Shown here in pieces: positions 1 through 12,765 of a DNA stretch of 64,000 nt (within the stretch, counting starts at the first letter, position 1; the number at the start of each line of letters is the position of its first letter). The stretch is taken from assembly GCF_044704955.1 (NCBI RefSeq), contig NC_091990.1, forward strand, positions 110,608,001 through 110,672,000, read 5' to 3'. The notes beneath the pieces are model-generated. The model saw only the letters and a list, made by a program, of their open reading frames with translations, searched no databases and was not told the origin of the DNA. The translations under genes were made by a program, and so were the position numbers. Source of the DNA: Pristiophorus japonicus. Lineage: Eukaryota.

Positions 1-3000
1 GGCCGGAGAGAGTGCGCGCGAGGGAGGGGGCCGGAGAGAGCGCGCGCGAGGGAGGGGGCCGGAGAGAGCGCGCGCGGGGGCCGGAGAGAGCACGCGCGCG
101 CGAGGCAGTGGGTCGGAGAGAGCGCGTGTGCGCGCGAGGCGAGGGAGGGGGCCGGAGAGAACGCGCGAGGGCGGGGACGTAGAGAGCGCGCGCGCGAGGG
201 AGGGGGCCGGAGAGAGCGCGCGCGCGCGAGGGAGGGGGCCGTAGAGAGCGCGCGAGGGAGGGGGCCGTAGAGAGCGCGCGCGCGCGAGGGAGTGGGGCCG
301 TGAGCGCGCGCGCGCGAGGGAGGGGGCCGGAGAGAGTGCGTGCGCGAGGGAGGGGGCCGGAGAGAGCGCACGCAAGGGAGGGGGCCGTAGAGAGCGCGCG
401 CGCGCGCGAGGGAGGGGGCCGGAGAGAGTGCGTGCGCGAGGGAGGGGGCCGGAGAGAGCGCGCGCGAGGGAGGGGGTCGGAGAGAGCGCGCGCGAGGGAG
501 GGGGTCGGAGAGAGCGCGCGCGTGCGAGGGAGTGGGTCGGCGAGAACGCGCGAGGGCGGGGGACGGAGAGAGCGCGCGCGCGCGCGAGGGAGGGGGCCGG
601 AGAGAGAGCGCACGCGCGCGAGGGAGGGGGCCGGAGAGAGAGCGCGCGCGCGCGAGGGAGGGGGCCGGAGAGAGAGCGCGCGCGCGCGAGGGAGGGAGGG
701 GGCCGGAGAGAACGCGCGCGAGGGAGGGGGCCGGAGAGAGCGCGCGCGAGGGAGTGGGCCGGAGAGAGCGCGCGCGAGGGAGGGGGTCGGAGAGAGCGCG
801 CGCGTGCGAGGGAGTGGGTCGGAGAGAACGCGCGAGGGCGGGGGACGGAGAGAGCGCGCGCGCGAGGGAGGGGGCCGGAGAGAGAGCGCACGCGCGCGAG
901 GGAGGGGGCCGGAGAGAGAGCGCACGCGCGCGAGGGAGGGGGCCGGAGAGAGAGCGCACGCGCGCGAGGGAGGGGGCCGGAGAGAGAGCGCGCGCGCGCG
1001 CGCGCGAGGGAGAGGGCCGGAGAGAGAGCGCGCGCGCGCGAGGGAGGGGGCCGGAGAGAGAGCGCGCGCGCGCGAGGGAGGGGGCCGGAGAGAGCGCGCG
1101 CGAGGGAGTGGGCCGGAGAGAGCGCGCGCGAGGGAGTGGGCCGGAGAGAGCGCGCGCGAGGGAGGGAACCGGAGAGAGTGCGTGTGGGCGCGGGCATGCG
1201 AGGGAGGGGGCCGGAGAGAGCGCAAGCGCGCGAGGGAGGGGGACGGAGAGAGCGCGCGCGAGGGAGGGGGCCAGAGAGAGCGTGCGCGAGGGAGGGGGCC
1301 AGAGAGAGCGCGCGTGTGCGCGGGCGCGCGAGGGAGGGGGCCGGAGAGAGCGCGCGTGTGCGCGGGCACGCGAGGGAGGGGGCTGGAGAGAGCACGTGTG
1401 AGCGCGGTCGCGCGACGGAAGGGGCCGGAGAGAGCACGCGCGAGGGAGGGGGCCGGAGAGAGCGCGTGTGTGCGCGGGCGCGCGAGGGAGGGGGCCGGAG
1501 AGAGCGCGTGTGTGCGCGGGCGCGCGAGGGAGGGGGCCGGAGAGAGCGCGCGCGCGAGGGAGGGGGCCGGAGAGAGCGCGCGTGAGAGTGAGGGGACCGG
1601 AGAGACCCCGCGCGCGAGGGAGAGGACGGAGAGAACGCGCACGCGCGAGGGAGGGAGGGGGCCGGAGAGAGCGAGCGCGCGCGCGAGTGAGGGGACCGGA
1701 GAGACACCGCGCGCGAGGTACAGGACGGAGAGAACGCGCGTGCGCGAGGGAGGGGGCCGGAGAGAGCGCGCACGAGGGAGGGGGCCGGAGAGAGAGCGCG
1801 CGCGCGCGAGGGAGGGGGCCGGAGAGAGAGCGCGCGCGCGCGAGGGAGGGGGCCGGAGAGAGAGCGCGCGCGCGCGAGGGAGGGGGCCGGAGAGAGAGAG
1901 CGCGCGCGCGCGAGGGAGGGGGCCGGAGAGAGAGAGCGCGCGCGCGAGGGAGGGGGCCGGAGAGAGAGAGCGCGCGAGTGAGGGAGGGGGCCGGAGAGAG
2001 AGAGCGCGCGCGAGGGAGGGGGCCGGAGAGAGAGAGCGCGCGCGAGGGAGGGGGCCGGAGAGAGCGCGTGTGTGCGCGGGCGCGCGAGGGAGGGAGCCGG
2101 AGAGAGCGCGCGTGTGCGCGGGCGCGCGAGGGAGGGAGCCGGAGAGAGCGCGCGTGTGCGCGGGCGCGCGAGGGAGGGAGCCGGAGAGAGCGCGCGTGTG
2201 CGCGGGCGCGCGAGGGAGGGGGCCGGAGAGAGAGCGCACGCGCGCGAGGGAGCGGGCCGGAGAGAGAGCGCACGCGCGCGAGGGAGCGGGCCGGAGAGAG
2301 AGCGCACGCGCGCGAGGGAGCGGGCCGGAGAGAGAGCGCACGCGCGCGAGGGAGCGGGCCGGAGAGAGAGCGCACGCGCGCGAGGGAGCGGGCCGGAGAG
2401 AGAGCGCACGCGCGCGAGGGAGCGGGCCGGAGAGAGAGCGCACGCGCGCGAGGGAGCGGGCCGGAGAGAGAGCGCACGCGCGCGAGGGAGCGGGCCGGAG
2501 AGAGAGCGCACGCGCGCGAGGGAGCGGGCCGGAGAGAGAGCGCACGCGCACGCGCGCGAGGGAGCGGGCCGGAGAGAGAGCGCACGCGCGCGAGGGAGCG
2601 GGCCGGAGAGAGAGCGCACGCGCGCGAGGGAGCGGGCCGGAGAGAGAGCGCACGCGCGTGAGGGAGCGGGCCGGAGAGAGAGCGCACGCGCGCGAGGGAG
2701 CGGGCCGGAGAGAGAGCGCACGCGCGCGAGGGAGCGGGCCGGAGAGAGAGCGCACGTGCGCGAGGGAGGGAGGGAGGGGACCGGAGAGAGCGCGTGCGCG
2801 AGTGAGGGGGCCGGTGAGAGTGCGTGCGTGAGGGAGGAGGCCGGAGAGAGCGCGCGCGAGGGAGGGGGCCGGAGAGAGCGCGCGCGAGGGAGGGGGCCGG
2901 AGAGAGCGCGCGCGGGGGCCGGAGAGAGCACGCGCGCGCGAGGGAGGGGGCCGGAGAGAACGCGCGAGGGCGGGGGACGTAGAGAGCGCGCACGCGAGGG

Positions 3001-6000
3001 AGGGGGCCGGAGAGAGCGCGCGCGCGCGAGGGAGGGGGCCGTAGAGAGCGCGCGCGCGAGGGAGGGGGCCGTAGAGAGCGCGCGCGCGCGAGGGAGGGGG
3101 CCGTAGAGAGCGCGCGCGCGCGAGGGAGGGGGCCGTAGAGAGCGCGCGCGCGCGAGGGAGGGGGCCGTAGAGAGCGCGCGCGCGCGAGGGAGGGGGCCGT
3201 AGAGAGCGCGCGCGCGCGAGGGAGGGGGCCGTAGAGAGCGCGCGCGCGCGAGGGAGGGGGCCGTAGAGAGCGCGCGCGCGCGAGGGAGGGGGCCGTAGAG
3301 AGCGCGCGCGCGCGAGGGAGGGGGCCGTAGAGAGCGCGCGCGCGAGAGGGAGGGGGCCGTAGAGAGCGCGAGCGCGCGAGGGGGCCGTAGAGAGCGCGCG
3401 CGTGCGAGAGGGGGCCGTAGAGAGCGCGCGCGCGCGCGCGCGCGAGGGAGGGGGCCGTAGAGAGCGCGCGCGCGCGAGGGAGGGGGCCGTAGAGAGAGCG
3501 CGCGCGCGCGAGGGAGGGGGCCGGAGAGAGAGCGCGCGCGCGCGCGCGAGGGAGGGGGCCGGAGAGAGAGCGCGCGCGCGCGAGGGAGGGGGCCGGAGAG
3601 AGAGCGCGCGCGCGCGAGGGAGGGGGCCGGAGAGAACGCGCGCGAGGGAGGGGGCCGGAGAGAGCGCGCGCGAGGGAGTGGGCCGGAGAGAGCGCGCGCG
3701 AGGGAGGGGGTCGGAGAGAGCGCGCGCATGCGAGGGAGTGGGTCGGAGAGAACGCGCGAGGGCGGGGGACGGAGAGAGCGCGCGCGCGAGGGAGGGGGCC
3801 GGAGAGAGAGCGCACGCGCGCGAGGGAGGGGGCCGGAGAGAGAGCGCACGCGCGCGAGGGAGGGGGCCGGAGAGAGAGCGCACGCGCGCGAGGGAGGGGG
3901 CCGGAGAGAGAGCGCACGCGCGCGAGGGAGGGGGCCGGAGAGAGAGCGCGCGCGCGCGCGCGCGAGGGAGGGGGCCGGAGAGAGAGCGCGCGCGCGAGGG
4001 AGGGGGCCGGAGAGAGAGCGCGCGCGCGCGAGGGAGGGGGCCGGAGAGAGAGCGCGCGCGCGCGAGGGAGGGGGCCGGAGAGAGCGCGCGCGAGGGAGTG
4101 GGCCGGAGAGAGCGCGCGCGAGGGAGTGGGCCGGAGAGAGCGCGCGCGAGGGAGGGAACCGGAGAGAGTGCGTGTGGGCGCGGGCATGCGAGGGAGGGGG
4201 CCGGAGAGAGCGCAAGCGCGCGAGGGAGGGGGACGGAGAGAGCGCGCGCGAGGGAGGGGGCCAGAGAGAGCGTGCGCGAGGGAGGGGGCCAGAGAGAGCG
4301 CGCGTGTGCGCGGGCGCGCGAGGGAGGGGGCCGGAGAGAGCGCGCGTGTGCGCGGGCACGCGAGGGAGGGGGCTGGAGAGAGCACGTGTGAGCGCGGTCG
4401 CGCGACGGAAGGGGCCGGAGAGAGCACGCGCGAGGGAGGGGGCCGGAGAGAGCGCGTGTGTGCGCGGGCGCGCGAGGGAGGGGGCCGGAGAGAGCGCGTG
4501 TGTACGCGGGCGCGCGAGGGAGGGGGCCGGAGAGAGCGCGCGCGCGAGGGAGGGGGCCGGAGAGAGCGCGCGTGAGAGTGAGGGGACCGGAGAGACCCCG
4601 CGCGCGAGGGAGAGGACGGAGAGAACGCGCACGCGCGAGGGAGGGAGGGGGCCGGAGAGAGCGAGCGCGCGCGCGAGTGAGGGGACCGGAGAGACACCGC
4701 GCGCGAGGTACAGGACGGAGAGAACGCGCGTGCGCGAGGGAGGGGGCCGGAGAGAGCGCGCACGAGGGAGGGGGCCGGAGAGAGAGCGCGCGCGCGCGAG
4801 GGAGGGGGCCGGAGAGAGAGCGCGCGCGCGCGCGAGGGAGGGGGCCGGAGAGAGAGCGCGCGCGAGGGAGGGAGGGGGCCGGAGAGAGAGCGCGCGCGAG
4901 GGAGGGGGCCGGAGAGAGAGCGCGCGCGCGCGCGAGGGAGAGGGCCGGAGAGAGAGCGCGCGCGCGCGAGGGAGGGGGCCGGAGAGAGAGAGCGCGCGCG
5001 CGAGGGAGGGGGCCGGAGAGAGAGAGCGCGCGCGCGAGGGAGGGGGCTGGAGAGAGAGAGCGCGCGCGCGCGAGGGAGGGAGGGGGCCGGAGAGAGAGAG
5101 CGCGCGCGAGGGAGGGGGCCGGAGAGAGAGAGCGCGCGCGAGGGAGGGGGCCGGAGAGAGCGCGTGTGTGCGCGGGCGCGCGAGGGAGGGAGCCGGAGAG
5201 AGCGCGCGTGTGCGCGGGCGCGCGAGGGAGGGAGCCGGAGAGAGCGCGCGTGTGCGCGGGCGCGCGAGGGAGGGAGCCGGAGAGAGCGCGCGTGTGCGCG
5301 GGCGCGCGAGGGAGGGGGCCGGAGAGAGAGCGCACGCGCGCGAGGGAGCGGGCCGGAGAGAGAGCGCACGCGCGCGAGGGAGCGGGCCGGAGAGAGAGCG
5401 CACGCGCGCGAGGGAGCGGGCCGGAGAGAGAGCGCACGCGCGCGAGGGAGCGGGCCGGAGAGAGAGCGCACGCGCGCGAGGGAGCGGGCCGGAGAGAGAG
5501 CGCACGCGCGCGAGGGAGCGGGCCGGAGAGAGAGCGCACGCGCGCGAGGGAGCGGGCCGGAGAGAGAGCGCACGCGCGCGAGGGAGCGGGCCGGAGAGAG
5601 AGCGCACGCGCGCGAGGGAGCGGGCCGGAGAGAGAGCGCACGCGCGCGAGGGAGCGGGCCGGAGAGAGAGCGCGCGCGAGGGAGCGGGCCGGAGAGAGAG
5701 CGCACGCGCGCGAGGGAGCGGGCCGGAGAGAGAGCGCACGCGCGCGAGGGAGCGGGCCGGAGAGAGAGCGCACGCGCGCGAGGGAGCGGGCCGGAGAGAG
5801 AGCGCACGCGCGTGAGGGAGCGGGCCGGAGAGAGAGCGCACGCGCGCGAGGGAGCGGGCCGGAGAGAGAGCGCACGCGCGCGAGGGAGCGGGCCGGAGAG
5901 AGAGCGCACGTGCGCGAGGGAGGGAGGGAGGGGACCGGAGAGAGCGCGTGCGCGAGTGAGGGGGCCGGTGAGAGTGCGTGCGTGAGGGAGGAGGCCGGAA

Positions 6001-9000
6001 AGAGCGCGCGCGAGGGAGGGGGCCGGAGAGAGCGCGCGCGAGGGAGGGGGCCGGAGAGAGCGCGCGCGGGGGCCGGAGAGAGCACGCGCGCGCGAGGGAG
6101 GGGGCCGGAGAGAGCGCGCGAGGGAGGGGGCCGGAGAGAGCGCGCGCGCGCGAGGGAGGGGGCCGGAGAGAGCGCGCGCGCGCGAGGGAGGGGGCCGTAG
6201 AGAGCGCGCGCGCGAGGGAGGGGGCCGTAGAGAGCGCGCGCGCGCGAGGGAGGGGGCCGTAGAGAGCGCGCGCGCGCGAGGGAGGGGGCCGTAGAGAGCG
6301 CGCGCGCGCGAGGGAGGGGGCCGTAGAGAGCGCGCGCGCGCGAGGGAGGGGGCCGTAGAGAGCGCGCGCGCGAGAGGGAGGGGGCCGTAGAGAGCGCGAG
6401 CGCGCGAGGGGGCCGTAGAGAGCGCGCGCGCGCGAGAGGGGGCCGTAGAGAGCGCGCGCGCGCGAGGGAGGGGGCCGTAGAGAGCGCGCGCGCGCGAGGG
6501 AGGGGGCCGGAGAGAGAGCGCGCGCGCGCGCGAGGGAGGGGGCCGGAGAGAGAGCGCGCGCGCGCGAGGGAGGGGGCCGGAGAGAGAGCGCGCGCGCGCG
6601 AGGGAGGGGGCCGGAGAGAGAGCGCGCGCGCGCGAGGGAGGGGGCCGGAGAGAGAGCGCGCGCGCGCGAGGGAGGGGGCCGGAGAGAGAGCGCGCGCGCG
6701 CGAGGGAGGGGGCCGGAGAGAGAGCGCGCGCGCGCGAGGGAGGGGGCCGGAGAGAGAGCGCGCGCGCGCGAGGGAGGGGGCCGGAGAGAGAGCGCGCGCG
6801 CGCGAGGGAGGGGGCCGGAGAGAGAGCGCGCGCGCGCGAGGGAGGGGGCCGGAGAGAGAGCGCGCGCGCGCGAGGGAGGGGGCCGGAGAGAGAGCGCGCG
6901 CGCGCGAGGGAGGGGGCCGGAGAGAGAGCGCGCGCGCGCGAGGGAGGGGGCCGGAGAGAGAGCGCGCGCGCGCGAGGGAGGGGGCCGGAGAGAGAGCGCG
7001 CGCGCGCGAGGGAGGGGGCCGGAGAGAGAGCGCGCGCGCGCGAGGGAGGGGGCCGGAGAGAGAGCGCGCGCGCGCGAGGGAGGGGGCCGGAGAGAGAGCG
7101 CGCGCGCGCGAGGGAGGGGGCCGGAGAGAGAGCGCGCGCGCGCGAGGGAGGGGGCCGGAGAGAGAGCGCGCGCGCGCGAGGGAGGGGGCCGGAGAGAGAG
7201 CGCGCGCGCGCGAGGGAGGGGGCCGGAGAGAGAGCGCGCGCGCGCGAGGGAGGGGGCCGGAGAGAGAGCGCGCGCGCGCGAGGGAGGGGGCCGGAGAGAG
7301 AGCGCGCGCGCGCGAGGGAGGGGGCCGGAGAGAGAGCGCGCGCGCGCGAGGGAGGGGGCCGGAGAGAGAGAGCGCGCGCGCGCGCGAGGGGGCCGGAGAG
7401 AGCGCGCGTGTGCGCGGGCGCGCGAGGGAGGGAGCCGGAGAGAGCGCGCGTGTGCGCGGGCACGCGAGGGAGGGGGCCGGAGAGAGAGCGCACGCGCGCG
7501 AGGGAGCGGGCCGGAGAGAGTGCGCACGCGCGCGAGGGAGCGGGCCGGAGAGAGAGCGCACGCGCGCGAGGGAGCGGGCCGGAGAGAGAGCGCACGTGCG
7601 CGAGGGAGGGAGGGAGGGGGCCGGAGAGAGCGCGTGCGCGAGTGAGGGGGCCGGTGAGAGTGCGTGCGTGAGGGAGGAGGCCGGAGAGAGCGCGCGCGAG
7701 GGAGGGGGCCGGAGAGAGCGCGCGCGAGTGAGGGGGCCGGAGACAGCGCGCGCGGGGGCCGGAGAGAGCACGCGCGCGCGAGGGAGTGGGTCGGAGAGAG
7801 CGCGTGTGCGCGCGAGGGAGGGGGCCGGAGAGAACGCGCGAGGGCGGGGGACGTAGAGAGCGCGCGCGCGAGGGAGGGGGCCGGAGAGAGCGCGCGCGCG
7901 CGAGGGAGGGGGCCGTAGAGAGCGCGCGCGCGCGAGGGAGGGGGCCGTAGAGAGCGCGCGCGCGCGAGGGAGGGGGCCGTAGAGAGCGCGCGCGCGAGGG
8001 AGGGGGCCGTAGAAAGCGCGCGCGCGAGGGAGGGGGCCGTAGAGAGCGCGCGCGCGCGAGGGAGGGGGCCGTAGAGAGCGCGCGCGCGCGAGGGAGGGGG
8101 CCGTAGAGAGCGCGCGCGCGCGAGGGAGGGGGCCGTAGAGAGCGCGCGCGCGCGAGGGAGGGGGCCGTAGAGAGCGTGCGCGCGCGAGGGAGGGGGCCGT
8201 AGAGAGCGCGCGCGCGCGAGAGGGAGGGGGCCGTAGAGAGCGCGAGCGCGCGAGAGGGGGCCGTAGAGAGCGCGCGCGCACGCGCGAGGGAGGGGGCCGT
8301 AGAGAGCGCGCGCGCGCGAGGGAGGGGGCCGTAGAGAGCGCGCGCGCGCGAGGGAGGGGGCCGGAGAGAGAGCGCAAGCACGCGAGGGAGGGGGCCGGAG
8401 AGAGCGCACGCAAGGGAGGGGGCCGGAGAGAGCGCGCGCGCGCGAGGGAGGGGGCCGGAGAGAGTGCGTGCGCGAGGGAGGGGGCCGGAGAGAGAGCGCG
8501 CGCGAGGGAGGGGGTCGGAGAGAGCGCGCGCGAGGGAGGGGGTCGGAGAGAGCGCGCGCGTGCGAGGGAGTGGGTCGGAGAGAACGCGCGAGGGCGGGGG
8601 ACGGAGAGAGCGCGCGCGAGGGAGGGGGCCGGAGAGAGCGCGCGCGCGCGAGGGAGGGGGCCGTAGAGAGCGCGCGCGCGCGAGGGAGGGGGCCGTAGAG
8701 AGCGCGCACGCGCGAGGGAGGGGGCCGTAGAGAGCGCGCGCGCGAGGGAGGGGGCCGTAGAAAGCGCGCGCGCGAGGGAGGGGGCCGTAGAGAGCGCGCG
8801 CGCGCGAGGGAGGGGGCCGTAGAGAGCGCGCGCGCGCGAGGGAGGGGGCCGTAGAGAGCGTGCGCGCGCGAGGGAGGGGGCCGTAGAGAGCGTGCGCGCG
8901 CGAGGGAGGGGGCCGTAGAGAGCGCGCGCGCGCGAGAGGGAGGGGGCCGTAGAGAGCGCGAGCGCGCGAGAGGGGGCCGTAGAGAGCGCGCGCGCGCGGG

Positions 9001-9810
9001 AGGGGGCCGTAGAGAGCGCGCGCGCGCGAGGGAGGGGGCCGTAGAGAGCGCGCGCGCGCGAGGGAGGGGCCCGGAGAGAGAGCGCAAGCACGCGAGGGAG
9101 GGGGCCGGAGCGCGCGCGCGCGAGGGAGGGGGCCGGAGAGAGCGCGCGCGCGCGAGGGAGGGGGCCGGAGAGAGTGCGTGCGCGAGGGAGGGGGCCGGAG
9201 AGAGAGCGCGCGCGAGGGAGGGGGTCGGAGAGAGCGCGCGCGAGGGAGGGGGTCGGAGAGAGCGCGCGCGTGCGAGGGAGTGGGTCGGAGAGAACGCGCG
9301 AGGGCGGGGGCCGGAGAGAGAGCGCGCGCGCGCGCGAGGGAGGGGGCCGGAGAGAGAGCGCGCGCGCGCGAGGGAGGGGGCCGGAGAGAGAGCGCGCGCG
9401 CGCGAGGGAGGGGGCCGGAGAGAGAGCGCGCGCGCGCGAGGGAGGGGGCCGGAGAGAGAGCGCGCGCGCGCGAGGGAGGGGGCCGGAGAGAGAGCGCGCG
9501 CGCGCGAGGGAGGGGGCCGGAGAGAGAGCGCGCGCGCGCGAGGGAGGGGGCCGGAGAGAGAGCGCGCGCGAGGGAGGGGGCCGGAGAGAGAGTGCGCGCG
9601 CGCGCGCGCGCGCGAGGGAGGGGGCCGGAGAGAGAGCGCGCGCGCGCGAGGGAGGGGTCCGGAGAGAGCGCGCGCGAGCGAGGGAGGGGGCCGGAGAGAG
9701 CGCGCGCGAGGGAGGGGGCCGGAGAGAGCGCGCGCGCGAGCGAGGGAGGGGGCCGGAGAGAGCGCGCGCGAGCGAGGGAGCGGGCCGGAGAGAGCGCGCG
9801 CGAGAGAGAA
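1..9810. repeat. GC/GA-rich satellite, unit ~AGGGAGGGGGCCGGAGAGAGAGCGCGCGCGCGCG (34 bp in homogeneous blocks), with ~3 kb higher-order duplication
   Basis: Continuous tandem units. Exact 34-bp period in ~2230-2750 and ~6540-7370. Diagnostic variants recur at offset 2990 (1151/4141; 1711/4701). The array runs off the window start. Confidence 0.97.
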
Positions 9811-10890
9811 AAGGAGAGAAAAAAGACCAAGGAAAGAGAGAAAGAAAAATGATGATGGAGAGGGAAGCAGAGAGTAGTAACAAAGCGATATTGTTGAACA
9901 AATGAATAGAATGAGAGAGTGTTGGTAGAGAGAAAGATAGAGCATGGGAGAGAGAGCTATAGAGAGGGACCCAAACATATATACTCGTTCACACAACACA
10001 GACGGAGAAACCCACGCACCGACACAGAGTAGCGCAGGACAGAGGCACAAGCTGATTTTAATCCAGCATTAAATTGCTGTTTTCTGAAAGATTAAACCCT
10101 GGGATCTGAACCCGTGGATGAGCACCGATAGGGGCGTCGGCACAGCACAGAAGAAGAATGGCATATCGTCGTCCTTGGTAACACGTATAAAGACAGAACC
10201 CGTTAAACGGCAGTGGAACTCTGCAAGTTCTCCAGTTCTACCGCACAGAAATCTGCCTGCCCAATCCGAGAAATGCTCAGTCTGTGCTCAGCGTGTGGCA
10301 CCGGAACATCTGGCTGGTCCGGCCAGCCGCAACGTTAGTTTTGCTTTAGGACAGCTGGATGCTGAGCCGTGGAAAAGGCGAGGTGGGGAGCGGGGGGGCG
10401 GGGGCGCGGTGGGAACAACAAACCCGGGAGGGGAGAAGGGGAGAAGCACTCGACAGGCACTCAGATTCGTTCCCACGTTTAAAGCTCGTTTATTGAGCAA
10501 ATGCACACAGGCTTGCTGTTTGCATACTCTCTCCCCTCGTTCGGGATACGTCCCCTGCTTACCTTTCGCCGGTGAATGTGTCCCTCGGGGCTCGGTGACG
10601 AGACTTGCACTGAGTACTGAAGGAGAAGCCAGATGAGAACTCCGTGCAGCTTCCACGCGATGAATCTGCACTGATGTGGCACTACAGTTCAATGCTCGGT
10701 TTGCTAACTGCTGCTCTGCGGGGCAGCGACACGCTGGGTCATTAACCAGCGACACTCTGCCCTCAAAGCTCAGGACCACACACTTCGAGGGTCATGTGTG
10801 GGATAAGGGAGAGAAATGTAAAGCAGGGAAAGATAATTAAAAAAGGAAAGAGGAGAGAAGGAGGGAACGATAGGAAAATGGAAGGAAAGA

Positions 10891-10978
10891 AAAGACTTTT
10901 ACGAGCACCGGCCGTCCCAATGCGCTTTACAGCCAATGAAGTACTTTTGGAGTGTAGATACTGTTGTAATGTTGGAAA
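10891..10978 (-). mobile_element. Deu-domain SINE 3' tail fragment
   Basis: Reverse complement of the SINE tail (cgctttacagccaatgaagtacttttggagtgtag) seen in the full copies. Confidence 0.75.
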
Positions 10979-11057
10979 AAGGGAAGGAAAAGTGAAGCAA
11001 AAGGAGGGAAGGAACAGAAAGAAGGGAGCGAGAGAGAATGGAATGAAAATCAATCAT

Positions 11058-11457
11058 TTGCATTTATATTACGCCTTTCACAACCTCAAGACATCCCAAA
11101 ATTGTTGCACTGTAGGAAACACGGCACCAAATTGCGCACAGCAAGCTCCCACAAACAGCAGAGAGATAAATAACAAGTTTATCTTTTTTTTTTAAAAATG
11201 AGATTGGTTGAGGGATAAATATTGGCCAGGACACCAGGGATAACTCCCCTGCTCTTCTTCGAAATAGTGCCATGGGATCTTTTACACCCACCTGAGACGG
11301 CAGACGGGGCCTCGGTTTAACATCTCATCCAAAATACGGCAGCTCTGACCGGAAGTGTCAGTCTAGATTTTATACTCAAGTCCCTGGAGTTGGAATTGAA
11401 CACACAACCTTCTGACTCAGGCTAGAGAGAGTGCTGCCCACTGAGCCAGGGCTGACA
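11058..11457 (-). mobile_element. tRNA-derived Deu-domain SINE (SacSINE1-like), internally deleted
   Basis: Head with A/B boxes, Deu core (gatgagatgttaaaccgaggcccc...aaagatcccatggcactatttcgaagaagagcagggg) and L2-like tail on the minus strand. Confidence 0.88.
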
Positions 11458-11489
11458 GCTAACTGTTAAAAACTTGAAATATTCCCTCG

Positions 11490-11850
11490 AGTATAGGTGA
11501 TTGAGGTGTGACCTGATCAAGAAATGCTGAAAGGATCCGATAGTTTCTCTGCATCTAATTTACTTCCTCTGGTGGGGGAATCTGGAATGAAGGGACATGA
11601 ACTTCAGAGCATTTATGGGGACACACTTTTTCACACAAAGCTTAGAAGTCGTCTGGAAAACTCTCCCCCAAAAGACTGTGGATGGTGGGAGTCAATTGGA
11701 GCTTTCAAGACCGAGACTGATAGATTTTTATTTGATAAGGGCATCGAGAGATGTGGAGCTGAGGTTCAGATCAAATGTGATCTCATTGCATGGCGGAGCA
11801 GGCCCGAGGGGCAGAATTGCCTACTCCTGCTCCTAAGGCTCCTAAGATCC
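11490..11850 (+). mobile_element. CR1 LINE 3' fragment (decayed)
   Basis: Translates to LLPLVGES..GH..FKTETDRFL. 3' UTR matches other CR1 copies here. Confidence 0.75.
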
Positions 11851-11862
11851 CTCCCTTACTCT

Positions 11863-12025
11863 CCAACAACAATAAATTGCAGTTATATAGTGCCTTTAAT
11901 GTAGTAAAACATCCAAAAGCACTTCTCAGGAGAGTTATCGAATAAAATTTGACACCGGGAACCAATGTAGGTCAGCGAGACTTGGTGCGAGTTAGGTCAT
12001 GGGATGCTGAGTTTTGGAGGAGCTA
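11863..12025 (-). mobile_element. L2 LINE 3' fragment
   Basis: (caa)n tail plus tatatagtgcctttaatgtagtaaaacatcc, homologous to the L2 ends at ~19750-19815 and 33709. Confidence 0.7.
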
Positions 12026-12248
12026 GAATTCCCCCTGTAATGGTTATAGTTCCGTTCCCATATAAATGCAGCGTGAATAAATCCTGCTTTGAAATGCAAA
12101 GCTCCAATGCCCTCAAAGTAGTTTTCTAAATTTAAAAAAGCACACACTTTAAGAGAGTGGGGCATCACAAAAGCTTTTCCTGCCTGACCAGTTTCAATGC
12201 TTTCCTTCAGGGTCAAGCAGTGAGAGAAGCGCAGACATTATTCCGTTG

Positions 12249-12765
12249 TCTTCTTCTTAGGCAGTCCCTCGGAGTCGAGGATGACTTGCTTCCACACTAA
12301 CATGAGTTCTAAGGTGGTTGATGAGTCCAATGCAGGATCTACAGACACTGTCACGGTGGGGCACATGGTGTGTGGAGGGACGGGTGGGTGGGGTGTTTGA
12401 TTTGTCGTGCGCTCCTTCCGCTGTTTGTACTTGGCTTTCGCGTGCTCCCGGCGAAGCGACTCGAGGTGTTCGGTACCTTGTCGGATGCTTCTCCTCCACT
12501 TTGAGCGGTCTTGGGCCAGGGATTGCCAAGAGTTGGTAGGGATGTTATATTTTTTCAAGGGGGCTTTGAGGGTGTCCTTGAAGCATTTCCTCTGCCCCCA
12601 CCCCCCTGGGCTCGTCTGCCGTGTCGGAGCTCCGAGTATGGCGCTCGTTTTGGGAGTCTAGTATCGGGCATGCAGTATCGGCCCGTCCATCGGAGCTGGT
12701 CGAACGTGCTCAATGCCTCAATGCTGGGAATGTTGGCCTGAGATGGAACACATGGTCTGTAGAGC
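12249..12765 (-). mobile_element. RTE-clade LINE 3' fragment
   Basis: QANIPSIEAL..DQLRW..MPDTRLPK, WQSLAQDRSKWRR and terminal C..C..IGL..HLRTH zinc-knuckle-like motif; short (aag)n tail. Confidence 0.9.

Noticed and set aside
300-9905. Long Arg/Ala/Glu/Gly-rich ORFs (up to 843 aa)
   Set aside because: Open in all three frames because the satellite strand nearly lacks T and so lacks stop codons; no domain content.
10563-10682. Signal-peptide-like ORF (..KLHGVLIWLLLQYSVQVSS..) ending at a donor
   Set aside because: Starts at GTG with an in-frame stop just upstream, no ATG and no convincing acceptor; kept only as a weak splice observation.
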